From: a virus
Taxonomy: Duplodnaviria > Heunggongvirae > Uroviricota > Caudoviricetes
Length of the DNA: 64,000 nt
Strand: one strand, 5' to 3'
Virus record (IMG/VR): IMGVR_UViG_3300025678_000001
Shown piece by piece: positions 17,791 to 26,603 of the stretch. Both the position numbers and the translations under genes were made by a program. The first letter of the stretch is position 1; each line of letters opens with the position of its first letter. The notes under the pieces were generated by a model, which was given only the letters and a program-made list of their open reading frames with translations, was not told the DNA's origin and made no database searches.

Positions 17791-17806
17791 ATTTGTAGAA
17801 CTAATC
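17788..17806 (+). promoter_or_regulatory. Bacteroidota-type promoter (-33 TTTG, -7 TAGATTTG) with downstream TAGAACTAATC
   Basis: TTTG at 17763-17766, 21 nt before the -7 box; shares the 16-mer with 14764-14779. Confidence 0.72.
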
Positions 17807-17815
17807 CCTACTATC

Positions 17816-18223
17816 ATGACGAAATCAATGATGTTAGTAACCGGCATCTGGAACAACAAACCTAGTTTCAAGATGATTCCGGTAACTCCTGACAGCCCTT
17901 ACAATGAAGCCATCTTTGATCTGGACAACAAGGTGTTAGCTCTGATTTCTAAAGAAAAGAAACAGAGCATGCACATGGTACCCAAGCTGGATGACTTTGG
18001 AGACCTGAAGGCCATGAAGATCGGTCGTCGTTCTAATGGTAAAGACTATCAGGAAGAGCGTAAGACTCTGGAAACTTACTATGAGTATTATCTGGACAAC
18101 CCGGATGATATTAAGCAGGTGATCAACATGCTGGCTTTAAATGCAGACAGCTTTGATTACAGCCAGTACTTAACCGTCCCAACTCTGGTTGCACCACCTC
18201 AAAGCTCTATCGTGACGGCGTAA
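17816..18223 (+). CDS. hypothetical protein
   Basis: 135-aa ORF with its own promoter and terminator. Confidence 0.75.
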   Translation: MTKSMMLVTGIWNNKPSFKMIPVTPDSPYNEAIFDLDNKVLALISKEKKQSMHMVPKLDDFGDLKAMKIGRRSNGKDYQEERKTLETYYEYYLDNPDDIKQVINMLALNADSFDYSQYLTVPTLVAPPQSSIVTA

Positions 18224-18251
18224 AACCAACAAGAATCAATGAGTATGGAAG

Positions 18252-18273
18252 AAGGCAGTTTACTGCCTTTTTT
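18252..18273 (+). terminator. intrinsic terminator
   Basis: aaggcag-ttta-ctgcctt followed by a T-run. Confidence 0.75.
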
Positions 18274-18324
18274 CAGCACCATACGAAACCAAAGGGGGAA
18301 CAGCTTAACTGAACACCTACCACT

Positions 18325-20445
18325 ATGGCTCAAGAATCACACTGGGTAATGGATTACGAAACAATTGTAAACTGTTTCGTAGCAGTGTTTCAGCATTATA
18401 AGGATGATAACATCCGGAAGATCTTTGTGATCAACAAAGAGTGTAACAGAAACGATCTTCCTGAGTTCATTAAGTTCCTAAACGAGTGTAAACAAAAGAA
18501 CCAGTGGCACATCTCTTTTAATGGTCTGGAGTTTGACGCCCAGATCTCTCAGCATCTTCTCAAGATCCAGGGACTCATCCAGAGTCAACCACCTGAGAAA
18601 TCTACTGAAGCCATCTATAAGTATGCACAAGACATCATCCACCGGAAAGATCGCGGTGAGTTTTTGGAGTACGCTCCTTACAAACTACAGATCCGGCAGA
18701 TAGATCTCTTCAAAATGAACCACTGGGATAACCGGGCCAAAAGCTCTTCTCTCAAGTGGGTTCAGTATGCTATGGATTGGGAGAACGTTGAAGAGATGCC
18801 TCACCCTCACTTTGAACCAGTTACCAACGAAGAGCAACTTCAAGAAGTCATTGACTACTGTATCAATGACGTAATGAGTACTAAAAAAATCCTGGAGCAT
18901 TCCAAAGAGCAGATAAAGCTTAGACAGGTACTTACCAAAGAATATGGTATAGATCTGTACAGTGCATCTGAGCCACGGATATCCAAAGAACTGTTTATGT
19001 ACTTCCTGGAGCAGAAGACCGGTATTGACAAGGCAGACCTCAAACGAATGCGTACGCCACGTACTCATATCGTTTTGGCTGACGTCATGCTGCCTTATAT
19101 AAAGTTCCAGACTCCTGAGTTCAATAAGATGCTGGACTACTTCCGTAAGACAGTAATCACGTCCACTAAAGACGGGTTTAAGTATACGGTAGACTATAAA
19201 GGCGTCAAGACGGACTATGGATTGGGTGGTATCCACGGGGCCCGGGCAGCAGGTGTATATGAAGCTAAACCAGGATGGATCATAATGACCTCCGATGTTA
19301 CCAGCTTCTATCCCAACCTGGCTATCAGAAACGGATTTCATCCGGCACATCTTCCAGGTAAAGAGTTCAACGAACTGTATGAGTGGTTCTTTGAGGAACG
19401 GAAGAAGATTCCAAAATCCGATCCCAAGAACTATGTCTACAAGATCATCCTGAATAGTACTTATGGACTTACTGGTGACGAGAACTCGTTCCTGTATGAT
19501 CCACGCATGACCATGCAGATCACTGTAAACGGTCAGCTGTTACTGTCTATGCTGTATGAGATGTTATCCCTGGCTATTCCAGACGGAGTACCTCTTATGC
19601 AGAATACAGATGGTCTGGAGATGATGATCCCGGCAGCAGCACACGACACTTACATGAGAGTCTGTGCTGAATGGGAAAAGCTGACCAAGCTACAGCTGGA
19701 GCACGATCAGTACAAGAAGATGGTCATCAGAGATGTCAACAACTACATAGCCATCAACACTAAAGACAAGGTTAAGTGTAAGGGAGCATTTGAGTGGGAA
19801 GATCTTGATCAAAAGAAAGTAGCTACGTTCCATAAGAACAAGAGCTTTCTGATCATTCCTAAAGCTATCTACGCATACTTTGTTCATGGTATAAAGCCAG
19901 AGGACTTCTTAGCTAAGAACAAAAAGCTAATGGACTACTGTGCCGGTGTTAAAGCTAAGGGAGACTGGAAGCTTCACAACTATCAGGTGTTACCTAAGAT
20001 GCAGGAGAAATACGCAAAGTTCACTAAAGAAGAACGTATTGAGTATTTAAGAGCAAACGGTTGGATAGAAAGCTGGGCTGAAGAGAACTGGGTACACACT
20101 AGTTGGAGCTCTCAGGAGGCCAATAACGGTTTATCTACTGATGTCGCATTTTCTAAAACAGCTCCTAAAGATCAGGGTGTATTCCATAAAACCAAACTGC
20201 AGAAGATTGTCCGCTACTTTATATCTAACTCCGGAGGTAAGATCGTAAAAGTTCATCCTGATGGTCGTGAGATCCAGGTAGAATCCGGAGAGTGGATGCA
20301 GACCGTAGTAAACAAAATGTCTCCTGATGTAGAAACTGATCTCTTTGACATAGACTATAAGTACTACCTGGAAGAGATCTATAAGCAGATAGAGGGTATC
20401 GAGCGAGATAAACCCAAGTCTGCCACACAACTTTCACTTTTTTAA
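18325..20445 (+). CDS. polB: family B DNA polymerase with 3'-5' exonuclease
   Basis: ExoI MDYET, ExoII FNGLEFD, ExoIII YCINDV; motif A SDVTSFYPN, motif B KIILNSTYG, motif C QNTDG. Confidence 0.95.
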   Translation: MAQESHWVMDYETIVNCFVAVFQHYKDDNIRKIFVINKECNRNDLPEFIKFLNECKQKNQWHISFNGLEFDAQISQHLLKIQGLIQSQPPEKSTEAIYKYAQDIIHRKDRGEFLEYAPYKLQIRQIDLFKMNHWDNRAKSSSLKWVQYAMDWENVEEMPHPHFEPVTNEEQLQEVIDYCINDVMSTKKILEHSKEQIKLRQVLTKEYGIDLYSASEPRISKELFMYFLEQKTGIDKADLKRMRTPRTHIVLADVMLPYIKFQTPEFNKMLDYFRKTVITSTKDGFKYTVDYKGVKTDYGLGGIHGARAAGVYEAKPGWIIMTSDVTSFYPNLAIRNGFHPAHLPGKEFNELYEWFFEERKKIPKSDPKNYVYKIILNSTYGLTGDENSFLYDPRMTMQITVNGQLLLSMLYEMLSLAIPDGVPLMQNTDGLEMMIPAAAHDTYMRVCAEWEKLTKLQLEHDQYKKMVIRDVNNYIAINTKDKVKCKGAFEWEDLDQKKVATFHKNKSFLIIPKAIYAYFVHGIKPEDFLAKNKKLMDYCAGVKAKGDWKLHNYQVLPKMQEKYAKFTKEERIEYLRANGWIESWAEENWVHTSWSSQEANNGLSTDVAFSKTAPKDQGVFHKTKLQKIVRYFISNSGGKIVKVHPDGREIQVESGEWMQTVVNKMSPDVETDLFDIDYKYYLEEIYKQIEGIERDKPKSATQLSLF

Positions 20446-20456
20446 AAACCAAACAT

Positions 20457-21329
20457 ATGCCTGTTAAAACAAGTTTTACCACAGAACAGCATATTAGATC
20501 CATTGCGCTTCCTCACCACGGGAAGACGTACACAGTTATTCCTCATGGTCACGCTATTGACGAGACCAAAAAGGAACTTACAGCAGCCGGCTTTGGTATT
20601 AATGCCGAGTTATACAAATCTACCCTTGATGGCCAGGTGGCCCAAGGTATCTACCATCTCAACTATGGAGATGACCCGGATATGGGTCTCATGTTTGCCT
20701 GGAGCAACTCTTACAACAAGAGCATGCGGTTTAAGTGTGCAGTAGGCGGTCACGTATTTGTGTGTATGAACGGTATCGTGCGCGGAGATATGGCCAGCTA
20801 TGTACGCAAACATACCGGTTCTGCTCTGAGCGAAGTGACAGTAAGCATCCAGGAACAGATTCAGAAGGCTAAGAAGTACTATAACGTCCTAGTACGTGAT
20901 AAGGAACTTCTGAAAAATATCATTCTTACTCCGAAAGAAAAGGGAACGATCCTGGGCCGACTCTTTGCAGAGCAGGAGATCCTGACTCTTACTCAGGTAG
21001 GTATTGTAAAGCGTGAGATGGATAAACCATCCCACAACTACAACGCAAACCCTGACAGTGCCTGGGCTATGTACAACCACGTAACCTTTGCTCTGAAAGA
21101 GTCACATCCGCAGACCTATCTGCAAGATCACGAAACCCTGCATCAGTTCTTCGTAAACGAGTATGGCCAGCTCCAGCTGGTTACTCAACCTACTCTTCAG
21201 TTTCCTGAAGATGAAAGGGAGTTTACTGAAGCTGAAATGATCCCGGCATGCGGTCCTAACCTGGAAGAACAACCGGAAGATTTTAAGATCGAGCCGGTAC
21301 ACCATGGTAACGGAGTATTGTTCATGTAA
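20457..21329 (+). CDS. DUF932/DUF945-like protein
   Basis: YTVIPHG, SNSYNKSMRF, VFVCMNG, YVRKHTG, SAWAMYNHVT. Confidence 0.75.
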   Translation: MPVKTSFTTEQHIRSIALPHHGKTYTVIPHGHAIDETKKELTAAGFGINAELYKSTLDGQVAQGIYHLNYGDDPDMGLMFAWSNSYNKSMRFKCAVGGHVFVCMNGIVRGDMASYVRKHTGSALSEVTVSIQEQIQKAKKYYNVLVRDKELLKNIILTPKEKGTILGRLFAEQEILTLTQVGIVKREMDKPSHNYNANPDSAWAMYNHVTFALKESHPQTYLQDHETLHQFFVNEYGQLQLVTQPTLQFPEDEREFTEAEMIPACGPNLEEQPEDFKIEPVHHGNGVLFM

Positions 21330-21334
21330 TAAAT

Positions 21335-21365
21335 AAGGGGGAGTATCCTGCTCCCCCTTCTTTTA
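21335..21365 (+). terminator. intrinsic terminator
   Basis: aagggggag-tatcctg-ctccccctt followed by ctttt. Confidence 0.75.
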
Positions 21366-21369
21366 ACCT

Positions 21370-21732
21370 ATGTCAGAACTAAGAAAAGATACCGTTGGTG
21401 AACTGTTTATGAACCTTATGCAGCACTTAAAGTGCATACAGGTAAGATTGGAGTATGCCAAGGCTGCTACATCCCAAAAGCAGAAGTATGCCATAGGTCA
21501 GGCTGTAACAAAAGTTAAGTCAGCTATTGATGGTATATGTGATCTACTGGGAGACAGTGATATGGTACTAAAAGTAAAACAAGATCTGGATAAAGTAGAT
21601 CTGGTTTACATAATGGTACTCACAGAACAGTTATACAGCCTACGTAGAGAGGACCTGGAAGAGGTCACAGACATGATTGATAACTACCTAATGAAAAAGT
21701 ATGACTCAGTATCAACTACCGACAAAGTGTGA
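21370..21732 (+). CDS. hypothetical alpha-helical protein
   Basis: 120-aa ORF. Confidence 0.7.
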   Translation: MSELRKDTVGELFMNLMQHLKCIQVRLEYAKAATSQKQKYAIGQAVTKVKSAIDGICDLLGDSDMVLKVKQDLDKVDLVYIMVLTEQLYSLRREDLEEVTDMIDNYLMKKYDSVSTTDKV

Positions 21733-22042
21733 GGCTACTGGTAAGTCAAGATTTTCAACGCCTGGTGAAGCTAAAGAAGCTATGCTTCGGATCAAGTCTT
21801 ATTCAAGAAACAAAAACCAAAGAGGCAAGCGTATACAGAGAAAAGGAAAACCGGGCCTGAAGAGATTCTACCATTGCAGCCATTGTAATGGGTTTCACTT
21901 TACAAGTATGGAAACCTATCCTAGTCACGTAAGTAAGTCTAAGAATCTTAAACAAAAACTCAAACATTTTAAAGGACTTATAAAGTCCGAAGAAGAAGGT
22001 CTCGACTGGAAAGCAGACAGTCTTCCCTTTCCCAACCCCTAA
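21701..22042 (+). CDS. small basic zinc-finger-like protein
   Basis: CEATGKSRF...EAK and FYHCSHCNGFHFTS (C...CxxC...H). Confidence 0.65.
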   Translation: MTQYQLPTKCEATGKSRFSTPGEAKEAMLRIKSYSRNKNQRGKRIQRKGKPGLKRFYHCSHCNGFHFTSMETYPSHVSKSKNLKQKLKHFKGLIKSEEEGLDWKADSLPFPNP

Positions 22043-22052
22043 ACCAAAGAAC

Positions 22053-22556
22053 ATGCAGCCTAAAAGAATATTGATCATCGGACACGCTCGTCATGGAAAA
22101 GATACGGTAGCTGAACTGCTGTCGTTCTACTATGGTTACACTTTTAAAAGCAGTTCCGTAGCAGCATCAGAAATATTTCTGTATGATGTACTTAAGCAAA
22201 AGTACGGGTATAAAACTCCTATAGAGTGCTATAAAGACAGGGTCAATCGTCGAGCTGAGTGGCATGATCTGATCTGTGAATATAACGCTACCGATAAAGC
22301 CCGGTTGGCTAAAGACATTCTAAAGAACGCAGACATCTACGTAGGAATGAGATCCAACGAAGAGCTGGATGAGTGCATCAAACAAGATCTGTTTGATATC
22401 ATCATCGGGGTATACAATCCCAGGGTACCTCTGGAATCTACTAACTCTTTCAACATAGATATCTGGGGTAAGTCAGATATCGTAATTCCCAACGCAGGTA
22501 CTATTCTGGACCTTACCGTAAAAGTTAAAAACCTGTTCAATCACTTCAATCTATGA
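22053..22556 (+). CDS. deoxynucleoside monophosphate kinase-like P-loop protein
   Basis: IIGHARHGKDTVAE, YVGMRSNEE, IVIPNAGT. Confidence 0.8.
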   Translation: MQPKRILIIGHARHGKDTVAELLSFYYGYTFKSSSVAASEIFLYDVLKQKYGYKTPIECYKDRVNRRAEWHDLICEYNATDKARLAKDILKNADIYVGMRSNEELDECIKQDLFDIIIGVYNPRVPLESTNSFNIDIWGKSDIVIPNAGTILDLTVKVKNLFNHFNL

Positions 22557-22867
22557 ACAAGAACACCACTATCATAAAGATGTATATACAAAACCGGGCT
22601 AGCCTTTTGGAAATAGCTCAGTTCAAACAGACTATTGCTCAACGTGAGATAAAACTGTTATCCATGGGAGGCACGGAAAAATGGTCAGCATTTGTTCAGG
22701 AACACAAAGAAGTTGTAGACCATATTAATGATGGTAACAAACTGCAAGCTGTAAAAATACTTAAAGATCGTACAGGTCTTGGCTTAAAGGAAGCTAAAGA
22801 TGTTGTAGATGAATACTGTGAATTTATAAAAACTACTCAGACTAATGGATATCTTGCACTTATCTGA
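22553..22867 (+). CDS. protein with a ribosomal bL12 (L7/L12) C-terminal-like domain
   Basis: NKLQAVKILKDRTGLGLKEAKDVVD matches the bL12 CTD TGLGLKEAK signature. Confidence 0.75.
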   Translation: MNKNTTIIKMYIQNRASLLEIAQFKQTIAQREIKLLSMGGTEKWSAFVQEHKEVVDHINDGNKLQAVKILKDRTGLGLKEAKDVVDEYCEFIKTTQTNGYLALI

Positions 22868-23534
22868 TACTCACGGGTTTCATGGTATGTACCCGAACCG
22901 CATGTTTGAAGGGGTGGATGTAGTCATACATAGTGGAGACTGCTCTAATCACTTTAATCCATATATGAACCAGCAAGAGGTTTTAAACTTCCTGGAGTGG
23001 TATAAAAACATCCCAGTACCTTATAAAATCTATGTAGCTGGTAACCATGATACTAGTATAGAAAGACGATTAGTTACTCCTGGTGATTTTGCTAAAGCAG
23101 GGGTCATTTATCTGGAGAATGCAGGTACCACTATAGGTGGAGTAAAGTTCTGGGGATCTCCTTATACACCAACTTTTGGTCAGTGGTCTTTCATGAAGTC
23201 TCGAGAAACCATCGGTCGAGTATGGGAAAACATACCAGATGATACTGATATACTGATCGTACACGGGCCCCCTAAAGGAGTACGTGATCTGAGTTTTAAC
23301 AGACAAAACGAGCTGGAAATGTGCGGATGTGGAGCCCTGGCTAAACGCTGCTGGAAACTCAGAAACACTCTTAAATATGTACTCTTTGGTCATATACACG
23401 ATATGGATGGTGTTGATAACCAAGGTGTTTCCCATTACAGTAAAACTCCCACAGTCTTTTCCAATGCTGCATGCGTGCATGACGGTCGGTTTGATCTAGG
23501 ACTTACTTCCCATGGTAACAAGTTTACTATCTGA
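22845..23534 (+). CDS. calcineurin-like metallophosphoesterase (MPPED/239FB-like)
   Basis: SDTHG, HSGD, AGNHD, HGPP, FGHIH. Confidence 0.9.
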   Translation: MDILHLSDTHGFHGMYPNRMFEGVDVVIHSGDCSNHFNPYMNQQEVLNFLEWYKNIPVPYKIYVAGNHDTSIERRLVTPGDFAKAGVIYLENAGTTIGGVKFWGSPYTPTFGQWSFMKSRETIGRVWENIPDDTDILIVHGPPKGVRDLSFNRQNELEMCGCGALAKRCWKLRNTLKYVLFGHIHDMDGVDNQGVSHYSKTPTVFSNAACVHDGRFDLGLTSHGNKFTI

Positions 23535-23571
23535 GAAAGTGGAAAGCTACAAAGTTCTCCACTTTCTTTTT
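23534..23571 (+). terminator. intrinsic terminator candidate
   Basis: agaaagtgga / tccactttct 10-bp stem with a 14-nt loop, followed by tttt. Confidence 0.55.
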
Positions 23572-23575
23572 GTAG

Positions 23576-23866
23576 ATGTCAGTCAAGTTCTATAATTTTA
23601 CTCTTATGTTAGGAAGAATTAGTGTTAACCAGATACCGGATAATACCTGCATCAAGGTGTATAATCCTGAGAAACAAGAACTGATAGCTATTTACGACAC
23701 TTTCAAAAGAACAGGTAACATGCTGGGCCTTACAGCTGGTATGGTTCAACAACACTGTGCACGGAAAACACGCGTGTATAGTCCTATTCTTGAAATGGAT
23801 GTTGCAGTTCGTCTTTCAACAATAAAACCCGAAGACATAGAGAAAATAAAAACGTTTACTAAATGA
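23576..23866 (+). CDS. NUMOD1-like small DNA-binding protein (start may be about 23606)
   Basis: IKVYNPEKQELIAIYDTFKRTGNMLG pattern; no nuclease domain. Confidence 0.5.
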   Translation: MSVKFYNFTLMLGRISVNQIPDNTCIKVYNPEKQELIAIYDTFKRTGNMLGLTAGMVQQHCARKTRVYSPILEMDVAVRLSTIKPEDIEKIKTFTK

Positions 23867-24258
23867 AAGTATCCTTTGACTTTGATGGTACACTCTCTGA
23901 AGAATCTGTTCAAGAGTATGCCAAACAACTTATAGACCGTGGCGTGGAGGTGTGGGTAGTTACTACCCGTTGGGATGAGAACCACAAACATAAGTATCCT
24001 GTAAATCCTACCCTGGATGATTTATGGGAGGTAGTAGACCGTCTTGGTATTCCAAGATGGAGGGTACGCTTTACCTGCATGCAATGGAAAGCTACCTATC
24101 TGGATGGTACCCATTTTGTCTGGCACCTTGATGACAACTATCAGGAAGCTTATCAAGCCCGCCAGATAGAGTGTAATGTTCCTATCGTATCAGTAGATGT
24201 TGATACCTGGAAAGACTTCTGTGAACAATTAATCCTAAAGCAAAATCTTGAAAAATGA
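23863..24258 (+). CDS. HAD-superfamily phosphatase
   Basis: Motif I FDFDGTL, motif II VVTTR, motif IV HLDD. Confidence 0.85.
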   Translation: MKVSFDFDGTLSEESVQEYAKQLIDRGVEVWVVTTRWDENHKHKYPVNPTLDDLWEVVDRLGIPRWRVRFTCMQWKATYLDGTHFVWHLDDNYQEAYQARQIECNVPIVSVDVDTWKDFCEQLILKQNLEK

Positions 24259-25118
24259 TCGTAATACACCACAACAAAGACCTGGATGGTTTTGCATCCG
24301 GAGCTGTATGTAAACACCGGTATCCCGATGCCAAACTTATTGGCTGGGACTATGCAGAACCTGTACCGAATCTAAAGCAGTTTGAGGGAGAAGATGTTAT
24401 TCTTATTGATATCTCTTTCCCGATGGAGAAAATGAATGAACTAGGTTTACTGGCTAACTCAGTAACCTGGATCGACCACCATGTATCAGCTTTTAAGGAC
24501 TTCACCAACAGCAGATCTGTACTGACCCCCGGTCTGAATAAGATAGTCTATGTCTATGAACTGGGTATAGCTGCCTGTGAAATAGGTTGGCAATATCTGT
24601 TTCCTAATGTACCAACCCCTTATACCATCACTCTCCTTGGTCGTTATGATACCTGGAGACAACAAGAAGGTGACTGGGAAGGTGAGACTCTTCCCTTTCA
24701 ATATGCAATGAGGATCGAGTGTACTTCCCCGGAAACTTTTGATAAACACCTGTTTGATCCAGTTACTGTAAGAGCCATTGAAGAACGTGTTAAGAAAGGT
24801 AAAGCTGTTCTTGAGTACCAGGAACAACAAGATGCCCTGGCCTGTAAACGTTCAGCTTTTGAGGCTTATGTTGGTGGCTTTCTAGCTATCTGTCTTAATA
24901 CCCGAGCGTTTAGTTCTAACACTATGAAAACGGTATATGATCGTGGTCGTCACAACTTAATGGTGGGTTTTGAATATACCGGTAAAAAGTGGACAGTATC
25001 TCTCAGATCTGATAAACCCGGTATTGACTGTTCTATGATAGCTAAAGCACGAGGCGGCGGTGGTCATAAAGCTGCAGCCGGTTTCGAGTGTAACACCTTT
25101 GACGAAATCTTTAAGTAA
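24255..25118 (+). CDS. DHH/DHHA1 phosphoesterase (nanoRNase NrnB-like)
   Basis: HHNKDLDG, IDIS, WIDHH, GRYD, SLRS, GGGGHKAAAGF. Confidence 0.9.
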   Translation: MIVIHHNKDLDGFASGAVCKHRYPDAKLIGWDYAEPVPNLKQFEGEDVILIDISFPMEKMNELGLLANSVTWIDHHVSAFKDFTNSRSVLTPGLNKIVYVYELGIAACEIGWQYLFPNVPTPYTITLLGRYDTWRQQEGDWEGETLPFQYAMRIECTSPETFDKHLFDPVTVRAIEERVKKGKAVLEYQEQQDALACKRSAFEAYVGGFLAICLNTRAFSSNTMKTVYDRGRHNLMVGFEYTGKKWTVSLRSDKPGIDCSMIAKARGGGGHKAAAGFECNTFDEIFK

Positions 25119-25123
25119 GCAAC

Positions 25124-25399
25124 ATGGCTAAAAAGATCAAAGTACCTAAAAAGACAACCGGTTACGGATATGTCGGATCCTGGAAACCTGGTTCTGGTGA
25201 TGATCCCTCGGTAGGATGGTTTATGCCAAAGTTTCTCTGTGACCAGGATGTTTCCAGGAAGTACCCGGATCAACCTGATGTAAATAACCCATATCTGGCA
25301 GGAGAACGCCTGTTTCTCTGTAAGATCACAGCTGTCCCTGTACTAGACAAGAAAGGACGACCCATTACTAAACTAATCCCTGAAAGAAAAGAACAATGA
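25124..25399 (+). CDS. hypothetical protein
   Basis: 91-aa ORF in the operon. Confidence 0.7.
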   Translation: MAKKIKVPKKTTGYGYVGSWKPGSGDDPSVGWFMPKFLCDQDVSRKYPDQPDVNNPYLAGERLFLCKITAVPVLDKKGRPITKLIPERKEQ

Positions 25400-25725
25400 T
25401 CAACACAGATCGGTATCAACAACTGGTAGAGAAGACAGCTATCTATCCCAAAGAGCACTCCATACTGTATCCTTCTTTAGGACTTTGTGGAGAGGCTGGT
25501 GAGGTAGCTGAGAAAGTGAAAAAGGCCCTTCGTGATCAGGAAGGAGTATTCTCAGAAGAAAAAAAACAGGAGATCAAAAAAGAGTTAGGTGATGTACTAT
25601 GGTATATCACAGCTCTTGGAAGAGACCTAGGCTTTAGTCTATCTGAGATAGCAGAAGCAAACATTAAAAAACTGGAAGACCGGGTGGCACGTAACGTGTT
25701 AAACGGATCTGGTGATAATCGTTAG
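25396..25725 (+). CDS. mazG: MazG-like nucleoside triphosphate pyrophosphohydrolase
   Basis: GLCGEAGEVAEKVKK...ELGDVLWY, ANIKKL. Confidence 0.9.
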   Translation: MINTDRYQQLVEKTAIYPKEHSILYPSLGLCGEAGEVAEKVKKALRDQEGVFSEEKKQEIKKELGDVLWYITALGRDLGFSLSEIAEANIKKLEDRVARNVLNGSGDNR

Positions 25726-25729
25726 TACT

Positions 25730-26170
25730 ATGAGCTTAAGTGACGCTCGTTATACACAATATAAAAATGCTGACAGTAGACCTGTCGGTAGTATAGGAGA
25801 TGTACTAAAAGAGCATAAACCTGGACAAGAGCCCAGGTTTTTTCTTCATGAAGAAATGAAGATGTGGTTGAAGAAGAATCTGAAGATGGCCATCTATATA
25901 ACACCAGTGTCAGATATGTCAAGTGTTCTTAGTAACAAACTTGCTATCCATCAATTTACAACAGGAGCAAACATTGATGTTAGCTTAAGTATTGATGATG
26001 AACTTATTATGTCTGGAAATCAAACAGTATCCCTATACGGACATAAGGAGAGTATTGAAAAGCTTTCCAACATAGCAGAAGCTTGTATGGTTCAGATCAA
26101 CCAGTTACTTAACGTAAACACAGAACTAAGAAGACGTATTGAACTTTTAGAAAACCCCATACCTGTATGA
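25730..26170 (+). CDS. hypothetical protein
   Basis: Likely start ATG 25730 after the MazG stop. Confidence 0.65.
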   Translation: MSLSDARYTQYKNADSRPVGSIGDVLKEHKPGQEPRFFLHEEMKMWLKKNLKMAIYITPVSDMSSVLSNKLAIHQFTTGANIDVSLSIDDELIMSGNQTVSLYGHKESIEKLSNIAEACMVQINQLLNVNTELRRRIELLENPIPV

Positions 26171-26601
26171 AGAAGGCCCTTTACCTAGATGATGTTAGGA
26201 CTCCAACAACTACTATCCCGGGATACGAACCCTGGTACGTAGTAAGAAACTATGAGGAGTTCGTAAAGTGGATCACAGAGAATGGAATACCGGATCTGAT
26301 CAGTTTAGACCACGACCTGGCAGAAGAACACATGAGTGACTTCTTTAAGCAGGTATCTTTAACTGGTTATCAGATACCGGACTACGAATCATATAAAGAG
26401 AAAACCGGGCTTGACTGTGCCCGCTGGCTAGCTCAGCATATCCAGGATAACAACCTGGTACTAAAAGCAGTTTCAATTCACAGTCATAATCCTGTTGGTG
26501 CAGCAAACCTTCACAGCTTTGTGAACGGTTTTAAAAAGCACATGGGGTGGGATCAAGATTGTTATCTAGGGAGACATCCCTTTAAAGTTGAAAACGAGTA
26601 A
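26167..26601 (+). CDS. cyclic-phosphate-processing receiver-like (cREC) protein
   Basis: LYLDDVRTP, ISLDHDL, TGLDCARWL, IHSHNPVGA. Confidence 0.8.
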   Translation: MKKALYLDDVRTPTTTIPGYEPWYVVRNYEEFVKWITENGIPDLISLDHDLAEEHMSDFFKQVSLTGYQIPDYESYKEKTGLDCARWLAQHIQDNNLVLKAVSIHSHNPVGAANLHSFVNGFKKHMGWDQDCYLGRHPFKVENE

Positions 26602-26603
26602 AC

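Noticed and set aside
18291-18324. aaagggggaacagcttaactgaacacc leader upstream of polB as a structured RNA
   Set aside because: No convincing stem or second copy in the window; cannot be supported without comparative data
18685-19350. Long antisense ORFs (also 12489-13043, 40954-41559, 53160-53723 and many others)
   Set aside because: They lie fully opposite well-supported genes, have no recognisable motifs and fit codon-bias shadows
19981-20190. Possible intein in PolB
   Set aside because: No N-terminal Cys/Ser block or C-terminal His-Asn + Cys/Ser/Thr, and too short
22553-22867. Genuine rplL ribosomal protein gene
   Set aside because: Lacks the N-terminal dimerisation domain and Ala/Glu hinge; only the CTD signature is present
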